Virus record (IMG/VR): IMGVR_UViG_3300044675_005321
Location: 3,647-67,646 of that record
DNA: 64,000 nt
Reading direction: 5' to 3' (one strand)
Source: a virus
Part shown: in pieces, positions 10,182 to 21,700 of the stretch
How the letters are laid out: each line of letters starts with the position of its first letter
Position numbering within the stretch: the stretch's first letter is position 1
Position numbers and translations under genes: made by a program
Notes under the pieces: model-generated
Seen by the model: only the letters and a program-made list of their open reading frames with translations
Told to the model about the DNA's origin: nothing
Database searches by the model: none

Positions 10182-11741
10182 ATGATTAAATTTGAAGTCT
10201 TTTTGACTAGAAAAATAAATGAAAATGAACCAGAATCAGGGTTATATGAAATTAGTGATTATATTCATGATTTACAGATTATGTATGCACTAAAATCACC
10301 ATATGAACAGGCAACTTTGCGGGCGAAGATACCTTTTAATGAGCTTCCTATCATCTTCGGGCGTACTATTCCTATTATGGGGGATCTTTTACAAGACTAT
10401 GATACGATGCAGGTTGATGGATGGGCAACGATCTATGAAATCGATGATGAACAAAACACAAGAAAGCTTAGATTTTTTGGTGTAGTATCCTCTATCAGTT
10501 CGGGCATAGTAGCAGATCAAAATGGCTTAAAAACGACTATCGATTTGAATATAACTTTGAGTTCTTGGATATCTGTTTTACAAACAAATATTAAACTTAT
10601 TTTATCAGAATATTATAAGGCGCAAGGTTTAGATATTGATAGCGGTGTATCTAGTGAACTTGCATACTACGCAAAATTAAACAGCATATTACAAAATTTT
10701 ACAGATCCTAAAGATGCGATCAAGCAATGGTATTCTTTATTTGCTGTGTTTTCCCCAGACTCAAGAATAACTAATAAATCTTTAAAAGATGTAATCTTTA
10801 TCACAAGAACCGATGATTTAAAGAAACATGCTATTAAGGGGCGGACACTCACAGAAATCGTATCTTTTAATTTTGATACACTATTTCCTTCTATAAATAA
10901 TAATATTCTGAGTTCTTTGACGTCTTCATTTCAAGGTGAAATGGAAAGTGTAATTGAATTTTTCCCATCATATGAAGAAGTAAGCAGTAATGAGGGAATT
11001 TTTTCAAATGCTACAGAAGGCCCGCCACAAGCACAGGTTCAGCCAGTTCTTATTTACCGATATAGGCCTATTCCTATTGATTACAAGAATGCACCCGCCG
11101 CCACAAATATCATATTAAATAAAGGTACAGTTAAAAGTGGGGAAATACGTACAAACGAGCAAGGACAACCACAATTAGAATTTGATAGAGAGGGGGGATC
11201 ATTAACTTTTAAATCTATTCAACCTAAACTTCTGAAACCGCTCAAAATAGATACGATTTCAAGCTTATCCATTACATGGAGCGCTAGTAATCGTTTAAAC
11301 TTGATCAATGTATCTACAAGGGCGAGCGGGGTAAACAATATTTTAGGGACAACAACAGACTTTTTTATTGATCAAGAATCTGTGAAAAAATACGGAGTTT
11401 TTGGATATGAGGCAACCTATCCATTTTTTGGCGCAAAACAAGAAAATGATAAGATTAGAGAGTTCGCAAAAGAATTGACTACATATGTACGCTTATTATT
11501 TGGTAGCGGTGAAATATATGGCATTGCTCAATGTGTCTCATACTATGAACCTAATATCAAACATGGCGAATATGTAGTCATTGGGGTTTCGTACCAGCAA
11601 GGCAATATGAGCAACCCATCAAATTACTATATAGGGTATTGTACTCAAGTAACCCATATACATAAAGCGTTATCAGATGGTAGAATACAAAGATCCACAA
11701 GTTTCACCTTAGAGCGTTTACAAGTATATCAAGAAGGATAA
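10182..11741 (+). CDS. Putative baseplate hub protein
   Basis: After tape measure; SVKKYG motif and beta-rich C-terminus typical of hub proteins. Confidence 0.55.
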   Translation: MIKFEVFLTRKINENEPESGLYEISDYIHDLQIMYALKSPYEQATLRAKIPFNELPIIFGRTIPIMGDLLQDYDTMQVDGWATIYEIDDEQNTRKLRFFGVVSSISSGIVADQNGLKTTIDLNITLSSWISVLQTNIKLILSEYYKAQGLDIDSGVSSELAYYAKLNSILQNFTDPKDAIKQWYSLFAVFSPDSRITNKSLKDVIFITRTDDLKKHAIKGRTLTEIVSFNFDTLFPSINNNILSSLTSSFQGEMESVIEFFPSYEEVSSNEGIFSNATEGPPQAQVQPVLIYRYRPIPIDYKNAPAATNIILNKGTVKSGEIRTNEQGQPQLEFDREGGSLTFKSIQPKLLKPLKIDTISSLSITWSASNRLNLINVSTRASGVNNILGTTTDFFIDQESVKKYGVFGYEATYPFFGAKQENDKIREFAKELTTYVRLLFGSGEIYGIAQCVSYYEPNIKHGEYVVIGVSYQQGNMSNPSNYYIGYCTQVTHIHKALSDGRIQRSTSFTLERLQVYQEG

Positions 11742-11746
11742 GTAAT

Positions 11747-12460
11747 ATGTTAAACATAAAAAAACCAGGAGTTAGCACCGCAAAAATACAGGGCGTGGCA
11801 TCAAAGGCAAATAATCAACCAACAATAGGGGCTACAGTTTACAATGGCGCCGCTTCACTTTATACGCCTATTTTAGGGCTTGGGGGCGGTCAATCTTTCG
11901 TATATGCACCGCCAGAAGATCAATCTGATGCGTTTATTGAGTATAATGATAAAATTGCAAGAGGATTCTATGTATCTTCAGCGATTCCGAATGTGTCAGA
12001 CTTGCAGGAGGATACAGGGAAACCAACCGCTAATGAGGCGTACAAAGCATCAATTAAAGATGTACTTATTAAGCAGGGTTCTTCAGTCATCGCCGTATCT
12101 AAAAACAATGGTATTCTTTTGGACACTTCGAGCAATGATCAAGCAATTAGAATACAATTATCACAGACAGGCACACTAAGAATTTCATCAAATGGAATTA
12201 GTGATGATTATGTACTGATTGCCAGTGATACAATGACTTATTTGACCGCTGAGACACAGAAACAAAATCTTTTACTTAGTAGCTTATCATCTAGCTTGAC
12301 AACAGCAATTAGCGCCCTCAATCTAGCACCGAATGCGCCCGTAATAGGTAGTGTACTAGCGGGGATTCTTACACAGCTTCAAACAATCTTAAATAGTACA
12401 AATTTCACAAACCCCCCTTTAAATATGGTATCATCAAAAATAAAGATTCCTAGAGGATAG
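11747..12460 (+). CDS. Putative baseplate spike protein
   Basis: After hub; OB-like N-terminus followed by short beta repeats. Confidence 0.5.
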   Translation: MLNIKKPGVSTAKIQGVASKANNQPTIGATVYNGAASLYTPILGLGGGQSFVYAPPEDQSDAFIEYNDKIARGFYVSSAIPNVSDLQEDTGKPTANEAYKASIKDVLIKQGSSVIAVSKNNGILLDTSSNDQAIRIQLSQTGTLRISSNGISDDYVLIASDTMTYLTAETQKQNLLLSSLSSSLTTAISALNLAPNAPVIGSVLAGILTQLQTILNSTNFTNPPLNMVSSKIKIPRG

Positions 12461-12468
12461 GGGGACAA

Positions 12469-14046
12469 ATGCCAAGTTCGATGCCTAAGGGCGTATCTGT
12501 GCCCAAAACAGGGCGATTAGGAACATTGTTTAAAGTTCCGATTGATTACATTCTAGAGACGAGCAAGGGTGATATGATCACGCTTCCTAATAAGCCTACA
12601 ATGTACATGCAATCCCGCCCAAGCGCTTCACTTATTACATATACTCTTAATTCCTATGTTAAAGAGAATACGGCTTATAGAAATACACACATAGAATTAC
12701 GGGGGTCAAGCGGGTATGTGGAACGTACCGGCTACAATAGACAAGGAGACGTAATTTTTCAAAATGGCTTGGTTATTTTAGAGGAATTCGATCATTGGCT
12801 GAATGAATGGCAAAAGACAGCAAGCAACAAAGATTATCTAGTCTTTAGAAGTCTTATTGAAGGGTTCGCATATAAAGTGAGCGTAGATAAATTTGAGTGG
12901 TCAAGAGACGCGGACACATCTAAATTCTCTTATCAGTGGAGTTTATCACTTCATGCGTATGACAACGCCCCCGAAAGCAAGTTAAAACCTATCTTCTCAC
13001 CGCTTACGGAAGCTGTAAAAGCATTGACAGATCAGATCGATTTAGCAAGCGCCAGTATTGCAATTCTTGATAATGCTGTACAAAACACAAATAAAGAAGT
13101 TTCACAAATTATCAGAGGGCCTATTCAAGCTGTCAATCGTGTAGCATTAGCAATCAAACAAATTGCAAATAGTTTAGATGGGATTTTGTTTCAGTTGCCC
13201 GCATCTGTGATGTCCGACGCTGTCAATGTTTTTGGCAATCTTACCGCCGCTTTACGTACTGTTAAGGGTACCGCGCGGGGGTTGCTAGGTATTGATGAGA
13301 CATTCAACCCCTATGAAGAACAAGTTGATGATCTACTGAGTGAAACACAACAAGCGCAAAATGCAGTAATTGAACTAGCCGGCATAACCAATCAATTAAT
13401 TAGCGCCAGTACTAACAAAGATGCACAAGTAGAACTTGCAATCAATCAAAATCTAGTATCTTTGTTGTACACAGTGAGGGCGGGCGAAAGCATTAGAACC
13501 ATTGCACAAAGACAATTGAACAATGAAGGCGCTTTAGGCGTAATTTTAACACTTAATAATATGCTTGATCAATATACGTACGCAAATGGCCGCCCTTTGT
13601 TGCCAGGTGATGATATATTGATTCCTGTTCTTGAAGGTGGCAACGCAAACGAGTTTAAATTTAAACAAGATGATTATTTTTATACAGACTTGCTACTTAA
13701 CAAAGATGGAGATCTTGAAATCAATAACAATGATTTCAAGCTTATTAGCAAAGAAGAAAATTTAGTTCAAGCAATCAAGAATCGCGTTCTCACAGAGAAA
13801 GGGAGCGCAAGAACTATGCTTGATTATGGATTGCCTGTTCTCATTGGTGGATCTGTGAATAATCGAACAAGCGCCTTTCTTTCTATGCATATCAAAGAAC
13901 AATTAAATAGAGACCCCCGAATAGTTGGCGTAACACAAATTGAAATACTTGTTCAAGGTGATCAAATTGCATTGTCATGTAGTGTTGCCAGTGTTCAAGG
14001 CGTCTCAATTCCTCTAATCGTACCTATTAAAAGAGAGATCAACTAA
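12469..14046 (+). CDS. Baseplate protein with LysM domain and C-terminal gp25/W-like domain
   Basis: YTVRAGESIRTIA (LysM-like); NLVQAIKNRVLTEKG...DYG...DPRI (gp25-like). Confidence 0.7.
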   Translation: MPSSMPKGVSVPKTGRLGTLFKVPIDYILETSKGDMITLPNKPTMYMQSRPSASLITYTLNSYVKENTAYRNTHIELRGSSGYVERTGYNRQGDVIFQNGLVILEEFDHWLNEWQKTASNKDYLVFRSLIEGFAYKVSVDKFEWSRDADTSKFSYQWSLSLHAYDNAPESKLKPIFSPLTEAVKALTDQIDLASASIAILDNAVQNTNKEVSQIIRGPIQAVNRVALAIKQIANSLDGILFQLPASVMSDAVNVFGNLTAALRTVKGTARGLLGIDETFNPYEEQVDDLLSETQQAQNAVIELAGITNQLISASTNKDAQVELAINQNLVSLLYTVRAGESIRTIAQRQLNNEGALGVILTLNNMLDQYTYANGRPLLPGDDILIPVLEGGNANEFKFKQDDYFYTDLLLNKDGDLEINNNDFKLISKEENLVQAIKNRVLTEKGSARTMLDYGLPVLIGGSVNNRTSAFLSMHIKEQLNRDPRIVGVTQIEILVQGDQIALSCSVASVQGVSIPLIVPIKREIN

Positions 14047-14047
14047 A

Positions 14048-15433
14048 ATGGCATATACACAAAGAACAAAAGATGAAATCTTAACAAGTTTACTTGCTAG
14101 GATGGTTGCGAGAAGTCCCGTAACAGATATTGTAGAAGGTAGTGTTATTTATACGCTACTTAGTTCTGTTGCTGAACAGATAGCCGATTCAGAATATAAA
14201 CTAGCGAAACTACGCCAACAATTCACACTTACAAACACTAGCGGGACTGATCTAGATGATCGCGCGCTTGAAATTGGTATTAGTAGACTACAACCAACAA
14301 ACGCAACCGGTGAAATCACTTTGACACGTGCGAGCACCGGTTCAACACTCACACTTGATACCGGCCTTAAAGTATCAAACCCCAGTAATCAAGCACTTGT
14401 TTATTATACAAGAGAAGCCGCGGTATTTGGTACTAATGATCAAACAACTACAGTTTCTATTATTGCGGGCGTTGCAGGTAGCGTAGGAAATGCACTAAAT
14501 AACGCAATTACAAGACTTGAGAATTTCCCTAGTTCTATCATTTCTTGTACAAATATAAACGCGTTAACGAATGGTCTTGATGAGGAGACAGATGATCAGT
14601 TAAGGAATCGATGTAAACAATTTATTCAATCACTTGCAAAAAGTCAACCACAAGCAATTCAAACACTAGCTAAATCGTACATTGCTACAGATGGCACACG
14701 TGCATTTAACGCGGCGATTTACGAATCTGATACATTGCCCGCTTATTGTGAATTGTTGATTGATGATGGTAGCGCCCTTTATAACAATGTAGTAACACAA
14801 ACTATCGCTAGCACATCTTTTGCTGTTTATGGGGATCAAAGTCCGCTTGTGATGCCAGTTTCAAGCCCCATCACTGATTCCTCTAATCTTGTACTCACAA
14901 GAACACGCGGTTCATTGGTGATCAATCCTAACAAGTATAGAATTATTCATGAGCGAGGACTTATCATCTTTTTAGATCGTAGTGATTTAGTCGATGGTGA
15001 TTTTATTACTACTAGTTCCTATAGTATATATACCGGCCTTATTAGTGAGCTACAAAACTTGATTGAAGGTTCATCAGCTGACCCCATCAACAATCCAGGA
15101 TATAGAGCGGCGGGCGTGCGTGTTCGTGTTTTACCCGCACCGATTACGCTTGTCTCTTTTGATCTACAAATTACCGCTTATAACGGCGTTGACTTAGTAG
15201 CACTACAAGCAAGATTACAAGGAATTGCGAACGGTTTTGTAAATACACTTGAAGCGGGGCAACCTTTACTAATTGCGCAATTGATTGATGCTCTTATGAA
15301 TGATACAGACCTTCAAAATGTAAAAGTGTACTCAAGCGCAACATTAAATCTAAGCCCCGATATCTACCCAACAACACAAAGACACATACTAAAAGCAGAT
15401 ACTATTAACTTATTTGTAAGTACTAGGAGATAA
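14048..15433 (+). CDS. Baseplate J-like protein
   Basis: EGSVIYTLL, ATGEIT, AGSVGN, GLDEETDDQLRNR and YRAAGV motifs. Confidence 0.9.
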   Translation: MAYTQRTKDEILTSLLARMVARSPVTDIVEGSVIYTLLSSVAEQIADSEYKLAKLRQQFTLTNTSGTDLDDRALEIGISRLQPTNATGEITLTRASTGSTLTLDTGLKVSNPSNQALVYYTREAAVFGTNDQTTTVSIIAGVAGSVGNALNNAITRLENFPSSIISCTNINALTNGLDEETDDQLRNRCKQFIQSLAKSQPQAIQTLAKSYIATDGTRAFNAAIYESDTLPAYCELLIDDGSALYNNVVTQTIASTSFAVYGDQSPLVMPVSSPITDSSNLVLTRTRGSLVINPNKYRIIHERGLIIFLDRSDLVDGDFITTSSYSIYTGLISELQNLIEGSSADPINNPGYRAAGVRVRVLPAPITLVSFDLQITAYNGVDLVALQARLQGIANGFVNTLEAGQPLLIAQLIDALMNDTDLQNVKVYSSATLNLSPDIYPTTQRHILKADTINLFVSTRR

Positions 15434-15435
15434 AA

Positions 15436-16806
15436 ATGGATCGTGTTAAATTATACCCTCAAGAACGCTTAGATCTTGGCGATGCAGGCGCTTTACAACA
15501 ATTAGTTTATGACTATGTACAAGATGCACTAGGGGCGTTCATTGGCCCCGCTAGAGGTTGCCTATCTCAACCTGTTGTTAGCTTTCTCAATGGTTCACCT
15601 GATAAGATTTCATTCACTGATTTTTCTTTTATTGCCAGCAAACCTATTGGCAACGCTATTTTGGGCGTGAAACAAGTTAATTTTGCATCTCAAATCGTGA
15701 AATTTGATAGTTTGCTTAGTGACCATGGTAATTATCCTATCCCTTTGACCGGCGTAGATAATACGATGTTTCTTTGGGCGCGGCCTCTCATGGTGGATAC
15801 TGATTTAGGTAATAGAAGAAAATGGGATGTTGCACAAGGCGCCGAAGTTACTTTTTCAGACAATACACGTTCTAGAATGCGTGTTGAATTTGCTTTTAGC
15901 GCTACAAATCCAACAATCGAGGGCGATGATTTTCAATATTCACCATTAGCAAAAGTAACCGCTATTAATGGTACTAGTATTTCATTAACTTTTATTTCCG
16001 CATTTGACTCATCAGATGTTCAAGCGGTGACAGGTGAAAGCGGAACTTTTTATGACAGCGCAAATACTAGCGCAACGGCGTTTAGTGGTATGCTACCAAC
16101 ATACTTATCAAATACCTATGATGTAAACGTGGGCTTATTAAGTATTATTCATGCACTAGGCAGAATGACAAGACAAATGCACGCAAAGGGCGAAAATGAC
16201 CCCGCCGGCACTGTTACCCCCGCCCAGTGGTATAATACACAGCCTAAGATCTCTTTGAATGGGGCATATAAGAAAATTAATACTCATGATTTTGAGATTA
16301 ACGTCTTACAAGGGCAAGTAGGCAATCTAGAAAATCAAGTTCTAGAGCGGGGAACTGTTCCTTTTGCTTATTGGATTGTGGCAGGGAATCCATTATATGT
16401 CGCGAATGTATGGCACGTTGTGAGAGGGACAACAACCGGAATCTATATTGATCCGGCAAATCCTAATAATTTTCGATTATATATGAATAATGAGATGGTG
16501 AATAGCGGTTTTTATGTGAATGGCTGTAGTGTTACACAGATACACAATCCAACAAACAAGAACCATAATCGTATGAGTGTTCAAATGAGATGGTCGGCGA
16601 ATCCTACAAATCATACGGATTGGGTGGATCCTGATGTTGGCAATCAAAGAGTTTTTTCATTTGATACGATACCTTGGGAATTAGCTAATGAAGCGTCATT
16701 CACAAGTACAACCGGATCAAATGACTATAATAATTTAACGAACGCCGCCAGCATCTTCTTTTTGATTACACTATTTGGCGCCCCTGTCAATCCTTATGGA
16801 GCTTAG
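15436..16806 (+). CDS. Putative baseplate/tail-fibre structural protein
   Basis: Coupled downstream of baseplate J; short coiled coil before a beta-rich C-terminal domain. Confidence 0.45.
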   Translation: MDRVKLYPQERLDLGDAGALQQLVYDYVQDALGAFIGPARGCLSQPVVSFLNGSPDKISFTDFSFIASKPIGNAILGVKQVNFASQIVKFDSLLSDHGNYPIPLTGVDNTMFLWARPLMVDTDLGNRRKWDVAQGAEVTFSDNTRSRMRVEFAFSATNPTIEGDDFQYSPLAKVTAINGTSISLTFISAFDSSDVQAVTGESGTFYDSANTSATAFSGMLPTYLSNTYDVNVGLLSIIHALGRMTRQMHAKGENDPAGTVTPAQWYNTQPKISLNGAYKKINTHDFEINVLQGQVGNLENQVLERGTVPFAYWIVAGNPLYVANVWHVVRGTTTGIYIDPANPNNFRLYMNNEMVNSGFYVNGCSVTQIHNPTNKNHNRMSVQMRWSANPTNHTDWVDPDVGNQRVFSFDTIPWELANEASFTSTTGSNDYNNLTNAASIFFLITLFGAPVNPYGA

Positions 16807-16809
16807 TAA

Positions 16810-17556
16810 ATGGCAAACTTAGAAATCAGCCCCTTATCAAAGACGATCGGAGACAATGGGGGCTATTTGATCTATGTAATCGGTGATTATTTCACAAATA
16901 GCACAATTACAAATGATCAAGAGATTAAGATTAGGCTGAAGAACACAAGTACTCTTGCTTATACCCAGTATCTTTATTCATGTATACCAGGGCAGGGCGT
17001 CAATTGCCAAGTACAAAGGGGGCAATATGTCTTATGTGCATCCCCTATTTTGGAACCAGGTATTTACGATTTAGTGTTAACTTATGGCGTACAAGATTAC
17101 ACAATTAGCGCCGGCGTGCAGGTAAAAAGACGCTTAAGAAGTCTTGAAACCTATGAACTACGGGCGGCCTTGCCCCCATTGTATAAGGCCGGCGAACGCT
17201 TATTAAATCAAGATACTTTGTTTTCATATGCCAGTACACAGCTTGACAATGTAGAATATAGCAACCTAGCGATTTTGACTGATTGTATAGGTGATGAGCT
17301 CACCTACTTAAAGGGCAAATCTAGAACTAGAGTAGCGGAACAATTGACAATGATTCATGAAATCAATTCAAATGATGAAACATTGATCAAACTAGAAAGC
17401 AATCTAGGACTTGAAGAGGGACAAATTGTCTATGTACAGGGTATTAAATGCGTCGCTACTAGCATTGCAGGCAACGCGGTATATATCCAAACCCAACAAC
17501 CTTTTAGCCTTGTACAGCAAGGGGCGGAGGTGAGCTATGCTACTATCTCAAATTGA
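16810..17556 (+). CDS. Putative baseplate protein (Ig-like N-terminus)
   Basis: ISP...GGYLIYVIGDYF start resembles IPT/TIG domains; within baseplate operon. Confidence 0.4.
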   Translation: MANLEISPLSKTIGDNGGYLIYVIGDYFTNSTITNDQEIKIRLKNTSTLAYTQYLYSCIPGQGVNCQVQRGQYVLCASPILEPGIYDLVLTYGVQDYTISAGVQVKRRLRSLETYELRAALPPLYKAGERLLNQDTLFSYASTQLDNVEYSNLAILTDCIGDELTYLKGKSRTRVAEQLTMIHEINSNDETLIKLESNLGLEEGQIVYVQGIKCVATSIAGNAVYIQTQQPFSLVQQGAEVSYATISN

Positions 17557-18451
17557 TAAAGCTAGACATTCAACAGTTTTTACTAGGGCTACGACAACAG
17601 ATCTAGATAGACTTAGTTTTTTCTATGATCTAGTACGCCCCGCTTCGTTTCCTCGTGTATATTGGGCAAAAGTGATGCAGGCTATTGTTTACCAGCCAAA
17701 AGGCACATATGCACAATTATTCAACGTTCTCTATTGGTCATTCAAACCATGGACAGATCAAGAGACTTATGAAAATGTGCTAATCAGTACTGAAGGGCGC
17801 TTTGTCTTGCCTACCGGTGATTTATCTGATGGTAGAGTACATAAATTAGTTCGATGCACGTTTACCGATGGTTCAGTAAAAATCTACATGGTGTATCAAA
17901 TTCATGAGACAGGCACGCCCCCGATCGTTGTTCGTAGGTATCAATTATTTACTGATCAAACACATGCCAGCAATTCAATGTTTTCAGTTTATACAAGAGG
18001 GCAAAGTGTAACAGTGAAAACAATGGAATTTTTACCCTTCCTCATCTTTGAGACTACAGGCGGAGGCCTTGGGAATCTAAACGCCCTTGATGATCTAAGG
18101 AATGGTAAAATTACAATATACCTTGATTCTACACTAGCGAAAGCACCCCCAACATATATGAAGGAAGACAATGAAGAAAGAGACGCCGGCGAACCCTTCG
18201 GCGGGCAATTACTAGAACTTTTTGATCTTGATCCAGACACAGAGAACTACGGCGATCAAATCAATGGGCCTTTTCCTCTTTATTTGGGGGGTTCTCAATT
18301 AGAGGGGGTATTTGGTACATTATTAGATAAATGCATCTCAGCCGGTATCAAGTATGAACTGATAAATCAGGATTGGGATACATCTCTTGGTTATCAAACA
18401 TTAAATATCTATGCGCAACAAGGTATCTATCCATTCCCGCCGAAAAATTAG
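17537..18451 (+). CDS. Putative baseplate wedge (gpI-like) protein
   Basis: ATTTDLD...PKGT and C-terminal SAGIKY pattern; last gene of the operon. Confidence 0.5.
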   Translation: MLLSQIDKARHSTVFTRATTTDLDRLSFFYDLVRPASFPRVYWAKVMQAIVYQPKGTYAQLFNVLYWSFKPWTDQETYENVLISTEGRFVLPTGDLSDGRVHKLVRCTFTDGSVKIYMVYQIHETGTPPIVVRRYQLFTDQTHASNSMFSVYTRGQSVTVKTMEFLPFLIFETTGGGLGNLNALDDLRNGKITIYLDSTLAKAPPTYMKEDNEERDAGEPFGGQLLELFDLDPDTENYGDQINGPFPLYLGGSQLEGVFGTLLDKCISAGIKYELINQDWDTSLGYQTLNIYAQQGIYPFPPKN

Positions 18452-18485
18452 TTATGATCTTTTGTCATAGTTAAGATTTTTATTG

Positions 18486-18698
18486 AACATCTTAACTAAA
18501 AAATAATGTTATATTTCAATAAGATACAGAGATGATTAACATAATTAAGATGTTTTAAGTAATAGTTTAATATTAAAAAATATATAATATGTACATGATG
18601 TATACATATAATATATATATAGGCGCTATCAAGTACATAATTACATAATCATCTCTGTATCTTATTGAAATATAACATTATTTTGTAGTTAAGATGTT
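18486..18698. repeat. Long inverted repeat element 1 (origin-like)
   Basis: 53-bp arms 18486-18538 and 18646-18698, one mismatch, AT-rich 107-bp spacer, several TTAAGAT motifs; upstream of primase-helicase. Confidence 0.9.
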
Positions 18699-18725
18699 TT
18701 TGCGTATCTTTTATACGGTTTTAGT

Positions 18726-18754
18726 TTGACATTTCATATTTTTTTCTCTATTTT
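18726..18754 (+). promoter_or_regulatory. Sigma70-type promoter of the replication operon
   Basis: TTGACA-17 bp-TATTTT; AGGAG RBS before 18788. Confidence 0.6.
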
Positions 18755-18787
18755 GATTCAACCTTACACCCTCACAGGAGATCACCT

Positions 18788-21700
18788 ATGAACGAAGCAA
18801 AAGGCAAGTTCTATCCTCATCTATCCCAAGACGTATTAAATCAATGGTATGCTGAACCCCTATTCTGTTCTATTTTGCCTAATCTCAAAGTAAAAGCGGG
18901 ACAGTATACAAACCCCGCCGTATTTCATGTTGACCTCAAAGAAGCGCTTAGAACACAGTTCAACACTGATGCACAGATGCAACCAGCACACGCGCCACAG
19001 CTTGTCAAATCTACAGCGCAATCATGGAGGCTTGGAATTGAGCATATCAAAGATTTACAAGTACAAATTGACTTTATCGCTTTAGATTTTGATGCGAAAA
19101 GGGAAGATAATCCACGCGAAAAATGGGCGTGGTCAAATGATGATTTTTCGGCTTGCATCACATCATGGAACGCACATCCTATTTTAGGCAATGCGTTAAC
19201 ATATAAAACAAAACATGGTTTACGTGTCATTTTGCCCCTAGAAGCGCCCTTTATTGTGGATAAAGAATTACGGGGCAAAGATTGGGAGAAAGTCTATGAA
19301 TCTGTATTAGCTAGACTACCTAAATCATCTTTTGGCGCTTTTGATGTGTCTTGTGATACTGTAGTCAAAACATATAGAATGCCTCAAGTGATCAGAGAAA
19401 AAGAGTATCTACATTCTTTTTTCTATGTGCCATCGAAACAATATGTACATAAAATTGATATGTTCTCTTTTTTCTCTGATATCTCTTATATCACCGCACA
19501 AAGACAAGCGATTAGGGGTGTGAGTCAAGGATTGATCGAAGTATTCAAAGACAATAAGTTATATATTGAACCTATGAATAAACAAATCAATGGTGAATTA
19601 GTTCATCGTGTGCAATGTCCATGGCATGATTTACATTCATCAAATGATGACAAGAGCACCGCCAGCGTTCTTTTTCTTGGTGATAATGGTTGGGTTTTTA
19701 ATTGTATGCACGCATCTTGCAAGATTGAGCGTACAAAACCGAACGCACTTAGAAACAAATTCCCTAGAGGTTGGGATGATTTTGTTCAAGATGGTTTTGA
19801 ATATGAGTTTAATAGCATCGACGGGCAAGAGATCATTAGAAACTTAGTAGAGGTTCTTAAATCCTCTAAAGAAGCGCCCTTTTATCAAAGAGGCAATGAA
19901 ATTGTACGTGTGAAGATGAATTTAGAAATTGATAGAGAAACAATTTACACGCCTAGCGTAGAAGAAATCACAGGGTACATTTTACAGTTTTCTAGATGGT
20001 ACACAGTGAAGACCACAAAAGAAGGCGTATCAAGAAATTACATAGCTTTGCAAGTAGCAACGATCAAAATTTATTATGCGTACATTAAAGACATGTTGCC
20101 ACGTATTGAAGGGATTACAAGCATTCCGCCAGTCAATGGGGCATTTGAACCATTGCAAACGCACAAAGGTTATTGTGAAGCTCAAGCGTGTTTTTACTCA
20201 CCAGTCAAACATTTCAATTTTAATGCTTTGCAAGATATACCCTCAAGCATCAAGGCCGCTAAGGATGCAGCAATAAGATTACTTGATCTATTTTGTGATT
20301 TCCCTTTTGCACAAGACCATTATAGATTGATGGCACTAGCTACACTATTTACAGCCGGATTCCGTAAAAAGATTGATGCCCCCGCGCCTTTGTTTCTAGT
20401 ATCAGCAAACACAAAAGCAGCAGGGAAGACAACGTTTATTCAGACAGCTTTGGCCGGCGTTTATGGTATCAGACAGCCTACGATCATGGCAACGCCGGAG
20501 AAGCAAGAAGAACTTGAGAAACAATTAAACACAATGCTTCTTGAGGGGGAAGATTATATAGTCCTTGATAATATAACGCAGGCGCTAGGTTCGGGTAGTA
20601 TTGACGCTATTTTAACAAGTTCTGTATATAAGACCCGCGTTCTTGGTAAAAGTCAAATGCCAACAATTAAAATTAGATCCTTCTTTGCGGGCACTTCGAA
20701 CAATGCAATCATGAAGGCGGATACAGATAGGCGCGTGATTACTGTGCGTCTAGTCTCGGATCTAGATAGACCCGATGAGCGAAGGGACTTTAAGCATAGA
20801 GACATTTTGTCATTCGCCTCACAAAATACGAGTTCTATTTGGCGGGATATGTTGACTATTCAAAAGAGTTTTCAAGAACTTGCAAACGTGGATGAGTTAG
20901 CAAATGAACTTAGTTCTATGGGAAGTTTTACCGAATGGGCTGATTGGGTACAATACCCCGTAGCATGGGTGGGCAAGTTGCTTGGTTTTATGAATGTCGA
21001 TATTGTTGAAATGTCTAGATCTGAAATTGTATCTAGAGAAAATGATGACTTGAACACAATATTTCAAGGCCTTTACGGGTATCAAAAAGATATCGGGGCG
21101 GGTACTCAATGGAATGCGCAAGACTTGTACACAGCCTTAAAAAATAAGCGTTCAGACGATGATTATTTAGAACCGCTACAAGATGCCTTGCTTCAAGGCG
21201 TCTCTTTAAGTGTGGTTAATATTGGGCGCCGATTGATGAAATACAAAGATAAAGTATGTAATGGGTATAAATTACAATATCACCGCGTAGCAGGTAATAA
21301 AAACACGTTTTCGCTCGTTCGTATTACACCGCCTAACGAACGAAAAGAGTTTATGCCTGAACCAAATTATCAAGATTGGGCAAGGGTACAAACTCCAACA
21401 AAAGAAGAGAGCGCGCCAGTAAACACTAATGAAGCAATTACACAAGATAGCATATTAAGCCAATGTGGATACAAAGAAGATAAAGACAATAAGCAACGTT
21501 GTAATTTCCTTCAAAAGGGTAATCTTTGTGCGTTTACGGTTGATACATGTGAGGCCGCATTCATTTACCAAATCGACGAACCAAAAAAAGAACAACCAAA
21601 ACAAGAATCTTTATTCGCACTTGAGACAATTGATAACTTTAAGCAAATATGCACTGAAGCTTTGAAACAACGATTGATTACGCTAATTACTGAACTCAAG

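Noticed and set aside
18486-18698. MITE or N15-type hairpin telomere site
   Set aside because: No target-site duplication, transposase or protelomerase recognised, and the arms are separated by a long spacer. Cannot be excluded for genes outside the window.
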